Assembly (NCBI GenBank): GCA_041690195.1
Contig: JAWLHT010000002.1
Coordinates: 1 to 52,340 of the forward strand
DNA: 52,340 nt
Direction of reading: 5' to 3'
Source of the DNA: Candidatus Latescibacterota bacterium
GTDB taxonomy: Bacteria > Latescibacterota > Latescibacteria > Latescibacterales > Latescibacteraceae
A model generated the notes under the pieces. That model searched no databases and was not told the DNA's origin. It saw nothing but the letters and a program-made list of their open reading frames with translations. Made by a program: the position numbers and the translations under genes. This document shows, piece by piece, positions 33,139 to 42,575 of the stretch (its first letter is position 1; each line of letters begins with the position of its first letter).

Positions 33139-33170
33139 CAGTAGGGGCGAGGCATGCCTCGCCCCTACTG
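33139..33170. repeat. Perfect 32-bp palindrome, GTAG-type REP-like
   Basis: CAGTAGGGGCGAGGCA|TGCCTCGCCCCTACTG. Confidence 0.9.
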
Positions 33171-33608
33171 AACTCCGGGTACCGACTCCTTCTTGCATCA
33201 CTCACTTACCAGCGCAACTCCGCGAAACGCAGATTTATTCAAGCCGTGGAAAGTATGAAAAAGATACGAAAGAATGGAAGAAAAGGGAAACGGAAAGAGA
33301 CAGGGGATAGAAATTATTCATGAAAATATGCGATAAACAGCGATGCCGGGTTGCGCGAACTGAAGAATGCACCGATTGCTCGATCCCTTGCTGCTGTGCG
33401 GGAATGATCATACCGTTTCTTCAGGATGGGCAGGGAAAGCAATGATATCGCTGTTCTTTCCCTGACCCCACCTGGAGAAAGTGTCCGCAAGGGCGCGGGT
33501 CCTAACTTTTTTTCGGAAAGGAAGGGGAACATGAAACGGGCTACGCACAGATTCGACACTGTATTTCCGATCTTAACACGTTTGAAAGATGAATAGGGAG
33601 TACGGAGA

Positions 33609-33624
33609 TGTTTCACGTGAAACA
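33609..33624. promoter_or_regulatory. parS centromere site 1
   Basis: Exact TGTTTCACGTGAAACA consensus palindrome. Confidence 0.92.
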
Positions 33625-34089
33625 AAACAGTTTACGGGTATCTGGCTTGATCAGAAAACAGGGCCGAGGTGTAAACAAGACCCCCTTCCATTACCCCATT
33701 CGTATCAAATCGGTACGAATGGGGGCCCCGGGGCCTTACGGACACCTTACCCCTTGCAGGGGGCAGATAAATATCATCACGCATGAGCGTGAGTTTTGCT
33801 TGTGCACTTCGGTTCGTTGCTCACTCTACCCCATAACCGTAAAGCAGTTTCCCTGTTGATAGGTTCGCTGATCCGAAAGGGAAAGGGCGGGGTACAGTAG
33901 TTCATAACCAATACGCCTGAGGATAGAGGCCGGGTAAAAGAATCATGGGGGAAGCATCAAATTACGAACGGGTGAATCTCAGATCAGGAATTCAAATGGA
34001 GTTTGGGCTGTTTACCCGTTGTGACTCTGTGACACGGTTCTATTCACTGAACAATATGGTCTATACTCAGAAATCGGCAATGTGTAGTG

Positions 34090-34105
34090 TGTTTCACGTG
34101 AAACA
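34090..34105. promoter_or_regulatory. parS centromere site 2
   Basis: Exact TGTTTCACGTGAAACA abutting the mnmE stop codon. Confidence 0.92.
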
Positions 34106-35446
34106 TCACTTACCGATGCAGAAAGACCTGAATATCGTGTCGAGAATGTCCGGGCTAGTGTTGATTCCAAGCAGTGAATCGAGAGCATCTGAAGCTGTTT
34201 TGAGTTCGAAAGAGGAAACCTCTTCTGACCAGTCGGAGAGACTGGACCGGGCAGAGCGTACCGAATTGAGCGCGGAAGAGAGGAGAATGCGGTGCCGTTC
34301 CAAAAGAATGATGCCGCATTCGGGAGTTCCTTTGGTGAGATCCTCTGCAATGCGGGTTAGTCGTAAACGCAGTTGATCCAGTCCTTCGCCGCTTTGTGCG
34401 GAAAAGTAGAAGAGTTCGGGGAGACGCTTTTGGGTGGGAATCAGGTCCGCCTTGCCATGAATGGAAAAGACCCTGGTGGTGATATTGGTGGAAAGCTGTG
34501 GTGCGGGGGAATCCGGACCGTTGACAAGTATCACGATGTCGGCATCATCAACAAGACGTTCGGATTCGCGGACACCTTCACGTTCGATCTCGTCATCGGT
34601 CGACCGCATGCCGGCGGTGTCCACGAGAGTGAAAAGACGCCCGTCCAACTCGATGCGTTCCTCAATCCAGTCGCGGGTAGTCCCTGGACGCGGATGTACT
34701 ATGGCGCGTTTACGGCCGAGGAGAAGATTGAACAAGCTTGATTTGCCGGTGTTGACCGGTCCCGCAATGACGGTTCGGAGGCCGGAGCGAATTCGACGGC
34801 CCTGTTCATATGTGGAAAGAAGGGCGGAAAGCGATGCTTCGGTGTTGTCGAGAAGCGTGGTGATCTCGTCTGGTGAAGAGTCGTGGCCTTCCTGGTCTGA
34901 AAAATCGATCCTCAATTCAAGGAAAGCGGTGCACTGTGTGATCCGGTCGCGAATGCTCCGGATAGTACTGGAAAAACTGCCGTCATGGAGTCGTTCCGCG
35001 GAACGGAGCGCCTCGCGGCTTTCAGATTCCACGATCTGGTGGACCGCTTCCGCCTGGACGAGGTCAATTTTTCCATTGAGAAAAGCTCGTCTGGTGAATT
35101 CTCCCGGATCGGAAAGCCGGGCTCCCCGGTCCAGGAGAAGTTCAAGAACCGTTGCGGAAGACGATTTCCCGCCGTGTGTCTGGATTTCGACCACATCCTC
35201 GCCGGTGTAGGACCGCGGTGCACGCATGTAGCAAAAGAGGGCCGTGTCAATGATTTCTCCCCGGTCGCATACGGCTCCATATACCATCTCCCGTGGAGCG
35301 TCGCCCGGTGACATCTTTCCTTTGAATATGGAAAGCGCAATGGGGAGAGCCCGGGGTCCGCTCAACTTTAAAACGGCAATGCCGCCGCTGCCCGGTGGGG
35401 TGGCAACGGCGGCAATGGTATCGGTTGACAGGTGCTGATGAATCAT
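34106..35446 (-). CDS. mnmE: tRNA modification GTPase MnmE
   Basis: DTIAAVAT, SYTGEDVVE, GEFTRRAFLNGK, GPVNTGKSS, DTAG, C-terminal FCIGK. Confidence 0.98.
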   Translation of the reverse strand: MIHQHLSTDTIAAVATPPGSGGIAVLKLSGPRALPIALSIFKGKMSPGDAPREMVYGAVCDRGEIIDTALFCYMRAPRSYTGEDVVEIQTHGGKSSSATVLELLLDRGARLSDPGEFTRRAFLNGKIDLVQAEAVHQIVESESREALRSAERLHDGSFSSTIRSIRDRITQCTAFLELRIDFSDQEGHDSSPDEITTLLDNTEASLSALLSTYEQGRRIRSGLRTVIAGPVNTGKSSLFNLLLGRKRAIVHPRPGTTRDWIEERIELDGRLFTLVDTAGMRSTDDEIEREGVRESERLVDDADIVILVNGPDSPAPQLSTNITTRVFSIHGKADLIPTQKRLPELFYFSAQSGEGLDQLRLRLTRIAEDLTKGTPECGIILLERHRILLSSALNSVRSARSSLSDWSEEVSSFELKTASDALDSLLGINTSPDILDTIFRSFCIGK

Positions 35447-35480
35447 TGCGCGGACCTCATGACGTATACAACCGGTCCGG

Positions 35481-37193
35481 TCAGGACTTGGACAAGGACT
35501 GCTGAGCCCAGGAGAGTATGTTGAACATCAGCCAGTAGAGCGTCAGTCCCGCACTGAAGTTTGCGAACATGAGAACCATCATGACCGGCATGATGTAGAG
35601 CATGGACTTCTGGTTCGGGTCAGTCATGGTCTGCCGCGACTGCAGGAAGAACGAAAGCCCCATGGCGATAGGAAGAATAAAGAACGGGTCGGGACGTGAC
35701 AAGTCCTCGATCCAGTACGGAATGAACATTGCCTGACGCAGTTCAAATGATTTTCCGACCACCGGAAACAGCGCGAAGAAAACCGGCATCTGGAGCACCA
35801 GGGGGAGACACCCTCCGAAGGGGTTAACCCCTTCACGCTTGTAGAGCGCCATGGTCTCCATCTGAAGGCGCTGGGGATCGTCCTTGTGTTTAGTCCGGAG
35901 CGCCGATATCTTCGGTTGGAGCTGGGACATCTTTTTCATAGACTTCGTGCTCGACTTCGAAAGGGGCAGGAGCACGGTCTTGATGATCAGCGAAAAAGCG
36001 ATTAGAACCAGTCCCCAGTTGGGAATCACGGCGTGTATCTTCTGGATAACCCAAAGGAACACGATGGACAGGGGACGAAGGAACCGGTAAGAAAGATCGA
36101 TAGCCTGAGTAAGGTTATGCCCGTATTCTTTCAGTTCGTTGTAAGAGCTTGGTCCGATGTAGAGTGACATATCGACCGTGCCGTCGTTCACCCGCTTGTT
36201 CATGGTGAACTCAAGCCAGGTGGATGCATCGTTGCGGTCGAAAGAAGAACTGGTCTTCCAGCGGTTCTGGTCCTGGGGTATGGCGGCAAGCATGAAATAC
36301 TTGTTTTTTACCGAGAACCAGTTCAGCTTTCCGGCAAACACATCAGCGCCGTTTCCGTTCTTGGTCGGCAGAATTTTCTGTCCGCCGTCCTTTGCAAAAA
36401 TTGAACGGGTCTTTTCTTTTCCCTTGGCTGTTTCAACCCGGTCACCTTCGCCGAGGAAGACCAAACCGTCATGCATCCGGCTGTCGTCCGGCATGAACAT
36501 GCTGAAGGGCCAGATACGTATCTGACGGTAGGAGGGTTCGGTTTTGTTGATGGGACCGTTGAAGTCGAATGAAACTCTCGGATCGTTCCAGGAACCCTCG
36601 AGCGCGGTGGTGGTGCGTACCATATAACCGGTTTTGGCAAGATGGTACTCACGACGTATTCCGCGGTTTCCCGTAAGATTGGCGGTCAGCACCAGATTTT
36701 CGCTGTCTGCCTGTTCAACCTGGAAAACGATATCGTTCAGAGAAACACTGAACTGCCCGTCATTGATGCTCCCCCCATACCAGTTCTGACCGGGAGAGAC
36801 GAGTTGTGCCTTGGTGTCTTCTTCTGCTCCGTTGAAGTTCGGCATCAACGCTTCGTTAATCACTCCGCCCCTGGTACTGACGGTAAGGCGGAGGTCCTTG
36901 TTTTCCAGGACAAGTTCCTTTGCGGAAGGAACGTTCTCCTGAATGGCCGTCCTGTCTTGAACGGGTTCGAGCGCCGATTCCGCCGGTGCGGCAACGGCGG
37001 CTTCCTGACTGTCAGCCACCGGAGCGGAAGGCTTTACGGAAGCTTCAGGAGAGGGTGTTTTTGTATCGACAGCCTGTGTTTGCGCTGTTCTGACATCATC
37101 GCCTCCACCAAACACCTTCTGGTAAACCGGTGAAGAGAAGAAAAGAACGATGATCGTGGTCAACACTATCGCGACTATAAGATTTCTATCCAT
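35481..37193 (-). CDS. yidC: Membrane protein insertase YidC
   Basis: N-terminal TM, periplasmic domain, NWGL, GVNPFGGCLP, WIEDLSRPDP, GLTLYW. Confidence 0.97.
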   Translation of the reverse strand: MDRNLIVAIVLTTIIVLFFSSPVYQKVFGGGDDVRTAQTQAVDTKTPSPEASVKPSAPVADSQEAAVAAPAESALEPVQDRTAIQENVPSAKELVLENKDLRLTVSTRGGVINEALMPNFNGAEEDTKAQLVSPGQNWYGGSINDGQFSVSLNDIVFQVEQADSENLVLTANLTGNRGIRREYHLAKTGYMVRTTTALEGSWNDPRVSFDFNGPINKTEPSYRQIRIWPFSMFMPDDSRMHDGLVFLGEGDRVETAKGKEKTRSIFAKDGGQKILPTKNGNGADVFAGKLNWFSVKNKYFMLAAIPQDQNRWKTSSSFDRNDASTWLEFTMNKRVNDGTVDMSLYIGPSSYNELKEYGHNLTQAIDLSYRFLRPLSIVFLWVIQKIHAVIPNWGLVLIAFSLIIKTVLLPLSKSSTKSMKKMSQLQPKISALRTKHKDDPQRLQMETMALYKREGVNPFGGCLPLVLQMPVFFALFPVVGKSFELRQAMFIPYWIEDLSRPDPFFILPIAMGLSFFLQSRQTMTDPNQKSMLYIMPVMMVLMFANFSAGLTLYWLMFNILSWAQQSLSKS

Positions 37194-37202
37194 GGTCCTC
37201 GA

Positions 37203-37424
37203 TCAGGGGTAATCGATGCCTCCCTTGGAGAAAGGGTTGCACCGGAGAAGTCGCCAACCTGCTTTCAGGGATCCCCGGAACGCGCCGTCTTTCCTGATGG
37301 ACTGGATGGCGTATTCCGAACACGAAGGGTAAAACCTGCAGTTCCCGCCGATATACGGTGAGAGAACTTTCTGGTATACCCGAATGAAACTGATAAGTAC
37401 GGTTCGAATTGCGCGGGATATCAT
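37203..37424 (-). CDS. yidD: Membrane protein insertion efficiency factor
   Basis: CRFYPSCSEYA, RCNPF..GGIDYP. Confidence 0.97.
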   Translation of the reverse strand: MISRAIRTVLISFIRVYQKVLSPYIGGNCRFYPSCSEYAIQSIRKDGAFRGSLKAGWRLLRCNPFSKGGIDYP

Positions 37425-37459
37425 GATGAACCTTAGGTTGTTCCGGTCCGCGCCGTCAC

Positions 37460-37783
37460 TCAGTGCATTTGCCGTTTCCGGACGGTCTGCATGGCCTGAG
37501 TGATTGCCTCGGTCAACTCGCTGTGAGTGACAGTAGCGGACGCGCCGTTGTAATATACGAGATAGGAGCCGGCGGGGAAGGTATCCTTGCCGGCTCTCAT
37601 GATATCTCTGATGACACGTTTTATACGGTTACGGCGCACGGAAGTTCCCTGCTTTTTGGAGACGACAGGGGAGTACCGGTAGGAATCGTCCGGCAGATAG
37701 CGGAGACTGATGAGGCCGGACCGTACATAAGTCCCGCCGGTGCGGATTCGTCCGGCGGTCTTGGAGTCTACGCTGAAATGCAT
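37460..37783 (-). CDS. rnpA: Ribonuclease P protein component (divergent)
   Basis: VSKKQGTSVRRNRIKR RNR motif; position between rpmH and yidD. Confidence 0.88.
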   Translation of the reverse strand: MHFSVDSKTAGRIRTGGTYVRSGLISLRYLPDDSYRYSPVVSKKQGTSVRRNRIKRVIRDIMRAGKDTFPAGSYLVYYNGASATVTHSELTEAITQAMQTVRKRQMH

Positions 37784-37786
37784 TCG

Positions 37787-37930
37787 TTACCGGTCGGATG
37801 AGGAAAGGCTCTTGCGGCCCTTCTTGCGGCGACGGTTCAGGATGGCGCGGCCGTTCTTGGTGGCCATTCTCGCCCGGAATCCATGCTTGTTGACTTTCTT
37901 CCGGTTGGACGGCTGGAATGTCCGTTTCAT
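37787..37930 (-). CDS. rpmH: 50S ribosomal protein L34 (absent from the ORF track, 47 aa)
   Basis: Manual translation: [47 protein letters not shown]. Confidence 0.98.
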   Translation of the reverse strand: MKRTFQPSNRKKVNKHGFRARMATKNGRAILNRRRKKGRKSLSSSDR

Positions 37931-37995
37931 CGTGTAAATCCTTTCAGTTTTCTGTGCAATTCTATCGGAAAGACTCTTCTATTCCAAAGATTCGA

Positions 37996-38025
37996 AATAT
38001 AACCTATACTATCGAATATTGTCAA
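37996..38025 (-). promoter_or_regulatory. Putative sigma70 promoter of the rpmH operon
   Basis: TTGACA-18 bp-TATATT on the minus strand. Confidence 0.7.
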
Positions 38026-38691
38026 GACTTGTTTTTCAGGGGAGTGAGGGGCAAGAAGTGGTGATGTAATCAGTTCCGTTCTCCCGTTGTGGACTGACTG
38101 GAGGGACAGAGTTCGCTTCGTGCGAATCGGCTCTCCCGTACTTCCAGAAAGCATCTCCTCGTTGACGTAGACCTTTGGTAACCGTCTGTCCCCTTGTGAA
38201 TTGAAACGTGATGCCGTATCTCCGGAAACAGAAAAAATATTTTCCCATCACGGAGAGTGATTCCCTATATTCCTTTGAACCGGTAATGGTGCTCAAATAA
38301 AACGTTGTATTGTTCATTGCCACGGTGAGCAGATGGGGGAATGTATTCTTTAAGGAGTTGATCGGGCAGAGTTTACCCGCAGAATACCTTTGCGTTCGGT
38401 CCAGTATCCCGGATTCATCTTTTCATCCCGCAACTGAATCTTGATTGGAAGATAAGGATGGGAAGAGAGGAGTGGGTTTATTCCGGGGTGTTCCGTATCG
38501 CTGTGATTCCTGTGTAACTTACAGTTTCACATAGAGCAATCCCCTTGTATCATCCATGAAAGCAGAGCTGGCACGGGACTCTCTCTCAGGGAGCGGGGAA
38601 ATATGAAAACATGCTTCTGAAAACTCGGCCGGATAGCCGAGAATATAGTAGACGTCGTGAAATATGAAATAAAACGGTAGGAACAAGACAG

Positions 38692-39600
38692 GTGAAGACG
38701 ATGACGATGAGCAAGGATTCCAGCCGCAGATATTTCTTCAAAGCCGGATTCGCCGGGGTTCTTCCCCTGCTCGGCGCAGCGGAGTCCCGGGCGCAGCGAC
38801 CCCGGGCCCGCACCAGGAACATGCGAGTTTCGCTCGCCGCCTATTCCATGCGTGAAGCGCTCTCTTCCGGAAAGATGGACCTTTTCCGCTTTATTGACTG
38901 GAGCGCGGAAATGAATCTGGCCGGTGTCGAGCTGACTTCGTATTATTTCAAAAAGGATTTCGACCGTCCATACCTGCATGAATTGAGGAAGCGGGCGTTC
39001 GGACAGGGGGTGACCGTCAGCGGTACCGCTATCCGTAACAATTTTTGTCTCCCCTCCGGCCCGGAAAAGCAGAAGGAAATCGACGGTGTCCGGAGATGGA
39101 TCGACCATGCGGCAGACCTCTGGGCGCCGCATATCCGCATTTTCGCCGGGGAGATTCCGAACGGTGTGGACAAAGCCACCGCCATCGGATATGTGGCCGA
39201 GGGAATCCGGGCGGTCCTGGACCATGCCGCTGACCGGGGTATCGTTCTCGGGCTGGAAAACCACCACGGGATCACCGCGCGTGCCGCGGACCATCTTGCG
39301 ATCTGCGAAGCGGTCGGCGAGCATCCCTGGTTCGGGGTGAATCTTGATACCGGCAATTATTACACCAACGCCTATGAAGAATTGGAAATGGCGGCGCCCC
39401 GTGCGGTGAATGCCCAGATCAAGGTAGAGGTCATGAAAAATGACGGAACGAAGGAACCCGCCGATCTGGAACGGTTCCGGAGCATCCTGGTGAAGGCCAA
39501 ATATAAGGGATGGGTTGCCCTGGAATATGAGTCCGACGAGGACCCGTTTCTCGCCGTCCCCCGGTATGTCCGGGAACTGAAAGATCTTTTCGAAACGTGA
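38692..39600 (+). CDS. Xylose-isomerase-like TIM-barrel protein (sugar phosphate isomerase/epimerase family), Tat signal
   Basis: SRRYFFK, LENHHG, NLDTGN, LEYE. Confidence 0.88.
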   Translation: MKTMTMSKDSSRRYFFKAGFAGVLPLLGAAESRAQRPRARTRNMRVSLAAYSMREALSSGKMDLFRFIDWSAEMNLAGVELTSYYFKKDFDRPYLHELRKRAFGQGVTVSGTAIRNNFCLPSGPEKQKEIDGVRRWIDHAADLWAPHIRIFAGEIPNGVDKATAIGYVAEGIRAVLDHAADRGIVLGLENHHGITARAADHLAICEAVGEHPWFGVNLDTGNYYTNAYEELEMAAPRAVNAQIKVEVMKNDGTKEPADLERFRSILVKAKYKGWVALEYESDEDPFLAVPRYVRELKDLFET

Positions 39601-39800
39601 GCGCAGGATTCGAGTAACTGCCCTCTTTGCTTCCCCCGGCTGAAAAATGCCGCCGGAGGTTGCAGAGAATTCGGAATTGTCCTGGTTCGGACAGTCACAC
39701 TAAATCGACACGTACACAGTAATTTCCGGTGGAGCGCCACCTGTCTCACCAGGGAAAGCAGGTCGTCGTAACGGCCGCGGATTTCAGAGAGGATTTTGGC

Positions 39801-41165
39801 ATGAAACAGGATTCCGGACTTACCCGTCGCACATTTATATCCCAAAGCGCCCGTACTGTCGCCGGTCTCGCTGCGGTATCGGGACCCGCCTTTATCCCCG
39901 GACACGCGCTCGGGGCCAACGATCGTATCAATCTCGCCATTGTCGGAATCAGGGGCCGCGGGAGGGAGCATTTCGGACAGTGGTCCAAAATTCCCGGCGT
40001 GCGTATCGCCACGCTCTGCGATGTGGACGAGTCACTTTTTGAAGCGCGCGTGCAACAGGTTGCAAAGCTCCAGGGAGCCGAACCGAAAACGGTTACTGAT
40101 CTCCGACTGGTGATGGACGACCCTGAAATTGATGCGGTCGTGGTTACCAACACGAATCACTGGCATGCGCTTACCGCTGTCTGGGCCATGCAGGCCGAAA
40201 AGGACGTGTACGTCGAAAAGCCTGTCTCTTATACCATTGCGGAAGGCCGGAAGCTGGTCGAAGCCTCTGAGCGGTACAGTCGGATCGCACAGACCGGAAG
40301 CCAGTACCGCAGTCATCCCATGGTTAAGTCGGCGATTGAATTCGTTCGGAGCGGCGGCATCGGCAAAGTGTATATGGCCAAATGCGTGGTATACCGTGCC
40401 CGCAAGAGCATCGGACGGGGAAAGGTCACCGAGGTTCCCGCCGGGTTGAATTTCGATCTCTGGCTTGGACCCGCACCCACCCGTCCCTTCATAGACAACC
40501 GGTTTCACTATAACTGGCACTGGTTCTGGGACACCGGAAACGGGGAAACCGGCAACAACGGCCCCCATTCCGCCGATATGGTGCGATGGGCGCTCGGGAA
40601 GTACGAACACCCCATCCGGGTGCAGAGCATGGGCGGGATGTTCGCCTTCGAAAGCGATCAGGAAACACCCAATACCCAGTTGTCCTGCCTGGAGTATGCT
40701 GATGGTGTCATGGTGCAGATAGAAGTGCGGAATCTGAACACCAATCATGACGGTTCCGTGCGCGAAGGCGTGGTTTTTTACGGGGAGAACGGACGGGTTG
40801 AACTGAGCCTTAACGGACGCTGCTGGACATCACATCTCGGACCGGATGGAGAGGAGGGTCCCGGCATGACCCGCGAGGAGAATATCCGGGTGTATGACGA
40901 GCTGACAGCGGGTGGTTCCAAAGCCGACCCGCATTTCGTCAACTTCATTGAATGCCTCCGCTCGCGGCAACCGGAGAAGCTTGCTGCATCCATAACCGAA
41001 GGGCATTATTCAGCGGCTCTCTGCCACCTTTCCAATATCGCGTATCGTACGGGAAGAACGCTCGAGTTCGACTCGAAGGCGGAACGCTTCCCGAAAGACC
41101 GTGAAGCACAGGCCCTCGTGAACCGGAAGTACCGCAAACCGTACACCATGCCGAACAAGGTGTAA
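39801..41165 (+). CDS. Gfo/Idh/MocA oxidoreductase, Tat signal
   Basis: TRRTFI, GIRGRG, VYVEKP, LWLGPAP, FHYNWHWFWD. Confidence 0.93.
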   Translation: MKQDSGLTRRTFISQSARTVAGLAAVSGPAFIPGHALGANDRINLAIVGIRGRGREHFGQWSKIPGVRIATLCDVDESLFEARVQQVAKLQGAEPKTVTDLRLVMDDPEIDAVVVTNTNHWHALTAVWAMQAEKDVYVEKPVSYTIAEGRKLVEASERYSRIAQTGSQYRSHPMVKSAIEFVRSGGIGKVYMAKCVVYRARKSIGRGKVTEVPAGLNFDLWLGPAPTRPFIDNRFHYNWHWFWDTGNGETGNNGPHSADMVRWALGKYEHPIRVQSMGGMFAFESDQETPNTQLSCLEYADGVMVQIEVRNLNTNHDGSVREGVVFYGENGRVELSLNGRCWTSHLGPDGEEGPGMTREENIRVYDELTAGGSKADPHFVNFIECLRSRQPEKLAASITEGHYSAALCHLSNIAYRTGRTLEFDSKAERFPKDREAQALVNRKYRKPYTMPNKV

Positions 41166-41390
41166 TACGGGCGCCGTGGATGGACGGCAACCGGTTCTGC
41201 GGCGCTGGCGCATTTCTCATATACCTCTCCCTGACCGGGGAGATGCCGCCGGAGGCGACACTGGGCTCTGCGGCGCCGGGAGGCAAGGGTACATTCATCT
41301 GTGCCCCAGAATATCCTGTCACGCTGGTCCAATCCGATACCCGCGGAAGGGGAAACACATTCGCGGCTTTCCACGGAAGGAGTAGTGCCA

Positions 41391-42176
41391 ATGGTGGAGG
41401 AAGCTGAAAAGAGTGATAAAGCACCCGATCCGGAAGAGGACACGGAAGTAATAGCCAGCCCTCTGAAACGGACGGCGATGGTGATCTTTTCACCTCAGTT
41501 GGTTTTTGAAAGTCTGCGGGCTTCCAGCAGCCGTCTGGACTGGATCATTCCGATGACCCTGTCTGTCCTTTTCTCTCTCGCTCTGGTCAATATCGGTCGT
41601 CCGTTCCTGATGAACGATCAGATGGAAGCGGCTGTGGAGCGCATCGAGAATAATACAAATCTTACGGAGGATCAGAAAACCGCCGCGCTCAACCAGGTGA
41701 AAGAGGGTATGGAAAACATGGCCGGGTTCACTACGGTCATGACCAATGTGGGTGCTGTCGTTGGGGCTTTCGTTGCGGTCGCGGTCATTGCGTTGATCAT
41801 GAAAGCTGTTGTCGCTGTCTCGCTGCACGGCATACTGACGTTCGGGGCCGGGTTCACAATAGCTGCGCTGGCTTCCATGGTGACATTGCTGGGGGGAGTT
41901 GTCCGGCTCCCGCTCATCTTCTATTTCGAATCGTTCAAACAATCGGCGTTGTCGCTCGGGTTTTTCTTCCCGGAAGATTTGCGGGATTCGTTCCTGGTGA
42001 AACTGGTTGATTTTGATCTATTCACGTTGTGGTACCTGATCGTTATCAGCATCGGAATGGCGGTATTCGCGAAATCATCAGTGAAGAAAGCGCTGATACC
42101 CATGGCCGGGCTCTGGCTGGTTTACCGGGCGGGTGTCACGGCGGTAAGTATCTGGATGGGTGGTCTGGGAGGATAG
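41391..42176 (+). CDS. Yip1 family membrane protein
   Basis: IFSP..FE, about 5 TM helices, DLFTLW; AAGGAG ribosome-binding site. Confidence 0.75.
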   Translation: MVEEAEKSDKAPDPEEDTEVIASPLKRTAMVIFSPQLVFESLRASSSRLDWIIPMTLSVLFSLALVNIGRPFLMNDQMEAAVERIENNTNLTEDQKTAALNQVKEGMENMAGFTTVMTNVGAVVGAFVAVAVIALIMKAVVAVSLHGILTFGAGFTIAALASMVTLLGGVVRLPLIFYFESFKQSALSLGFFFPEDLRDSFLVKLVDFDLFTLWYLIVISIGMAVFAKSSVKKALIPMAGLWLVYRAGVTAVSIWMGGLGG

Positions 42177-42325
42177 CCGGTTCCCCTTTCCGGAGTCCCG
42201 GAAACGAGCGGTCATTAGAGGGGCTGACTCATCACGGAGCCGTACAATCGTAAATAGAAGGGAAAACCACAGGTACTCATGAGTACCATAAGACCGTTAA
42301 AGGCATCCGGTCTGCCCCAAAAAAG

Positions 42326-42486
42326 TAACTCACCCCCTTGATCCCCCTCTCTCTAGAGAGAGGGGGAAATTGAGCCACAGGGAATACCGAGACAGCCGAT
42401 AACGAGTCATCCCCTCTCTTGCGAGAGAGGGGAACGAGGGGTGAGTTATATTTACAAGACACCCGTTCACCACAAACAGCTTATGG
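42326..42486 (+). repeat. Dispersed structured repeat family A, complete copy
   Basis: TAACTCACCCC (42326) / GGGGTGAGTTA (42448) inverted ends, two internal CCCCTCTCT/AGAGAGGGG hairpins, 3' tail shared with the copy at 1-137. Confidence 0.92.
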
Positions 42487-42575
42487 TGATGCCTATGCCC
42501 TCAAACCGGGCCACCGACTCGCAGGGCCTGCTTGTACCTGTCTGACAAGTTGAAATTCACAAATCGGGAGCAGTC

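Noticed and set aside
33314-33859. Short ORFs beginning MFHVK (33314-33625 and 33608-33859)
   Set aside because: MFHVKH/Q is simply the translation of the parS palindrome.
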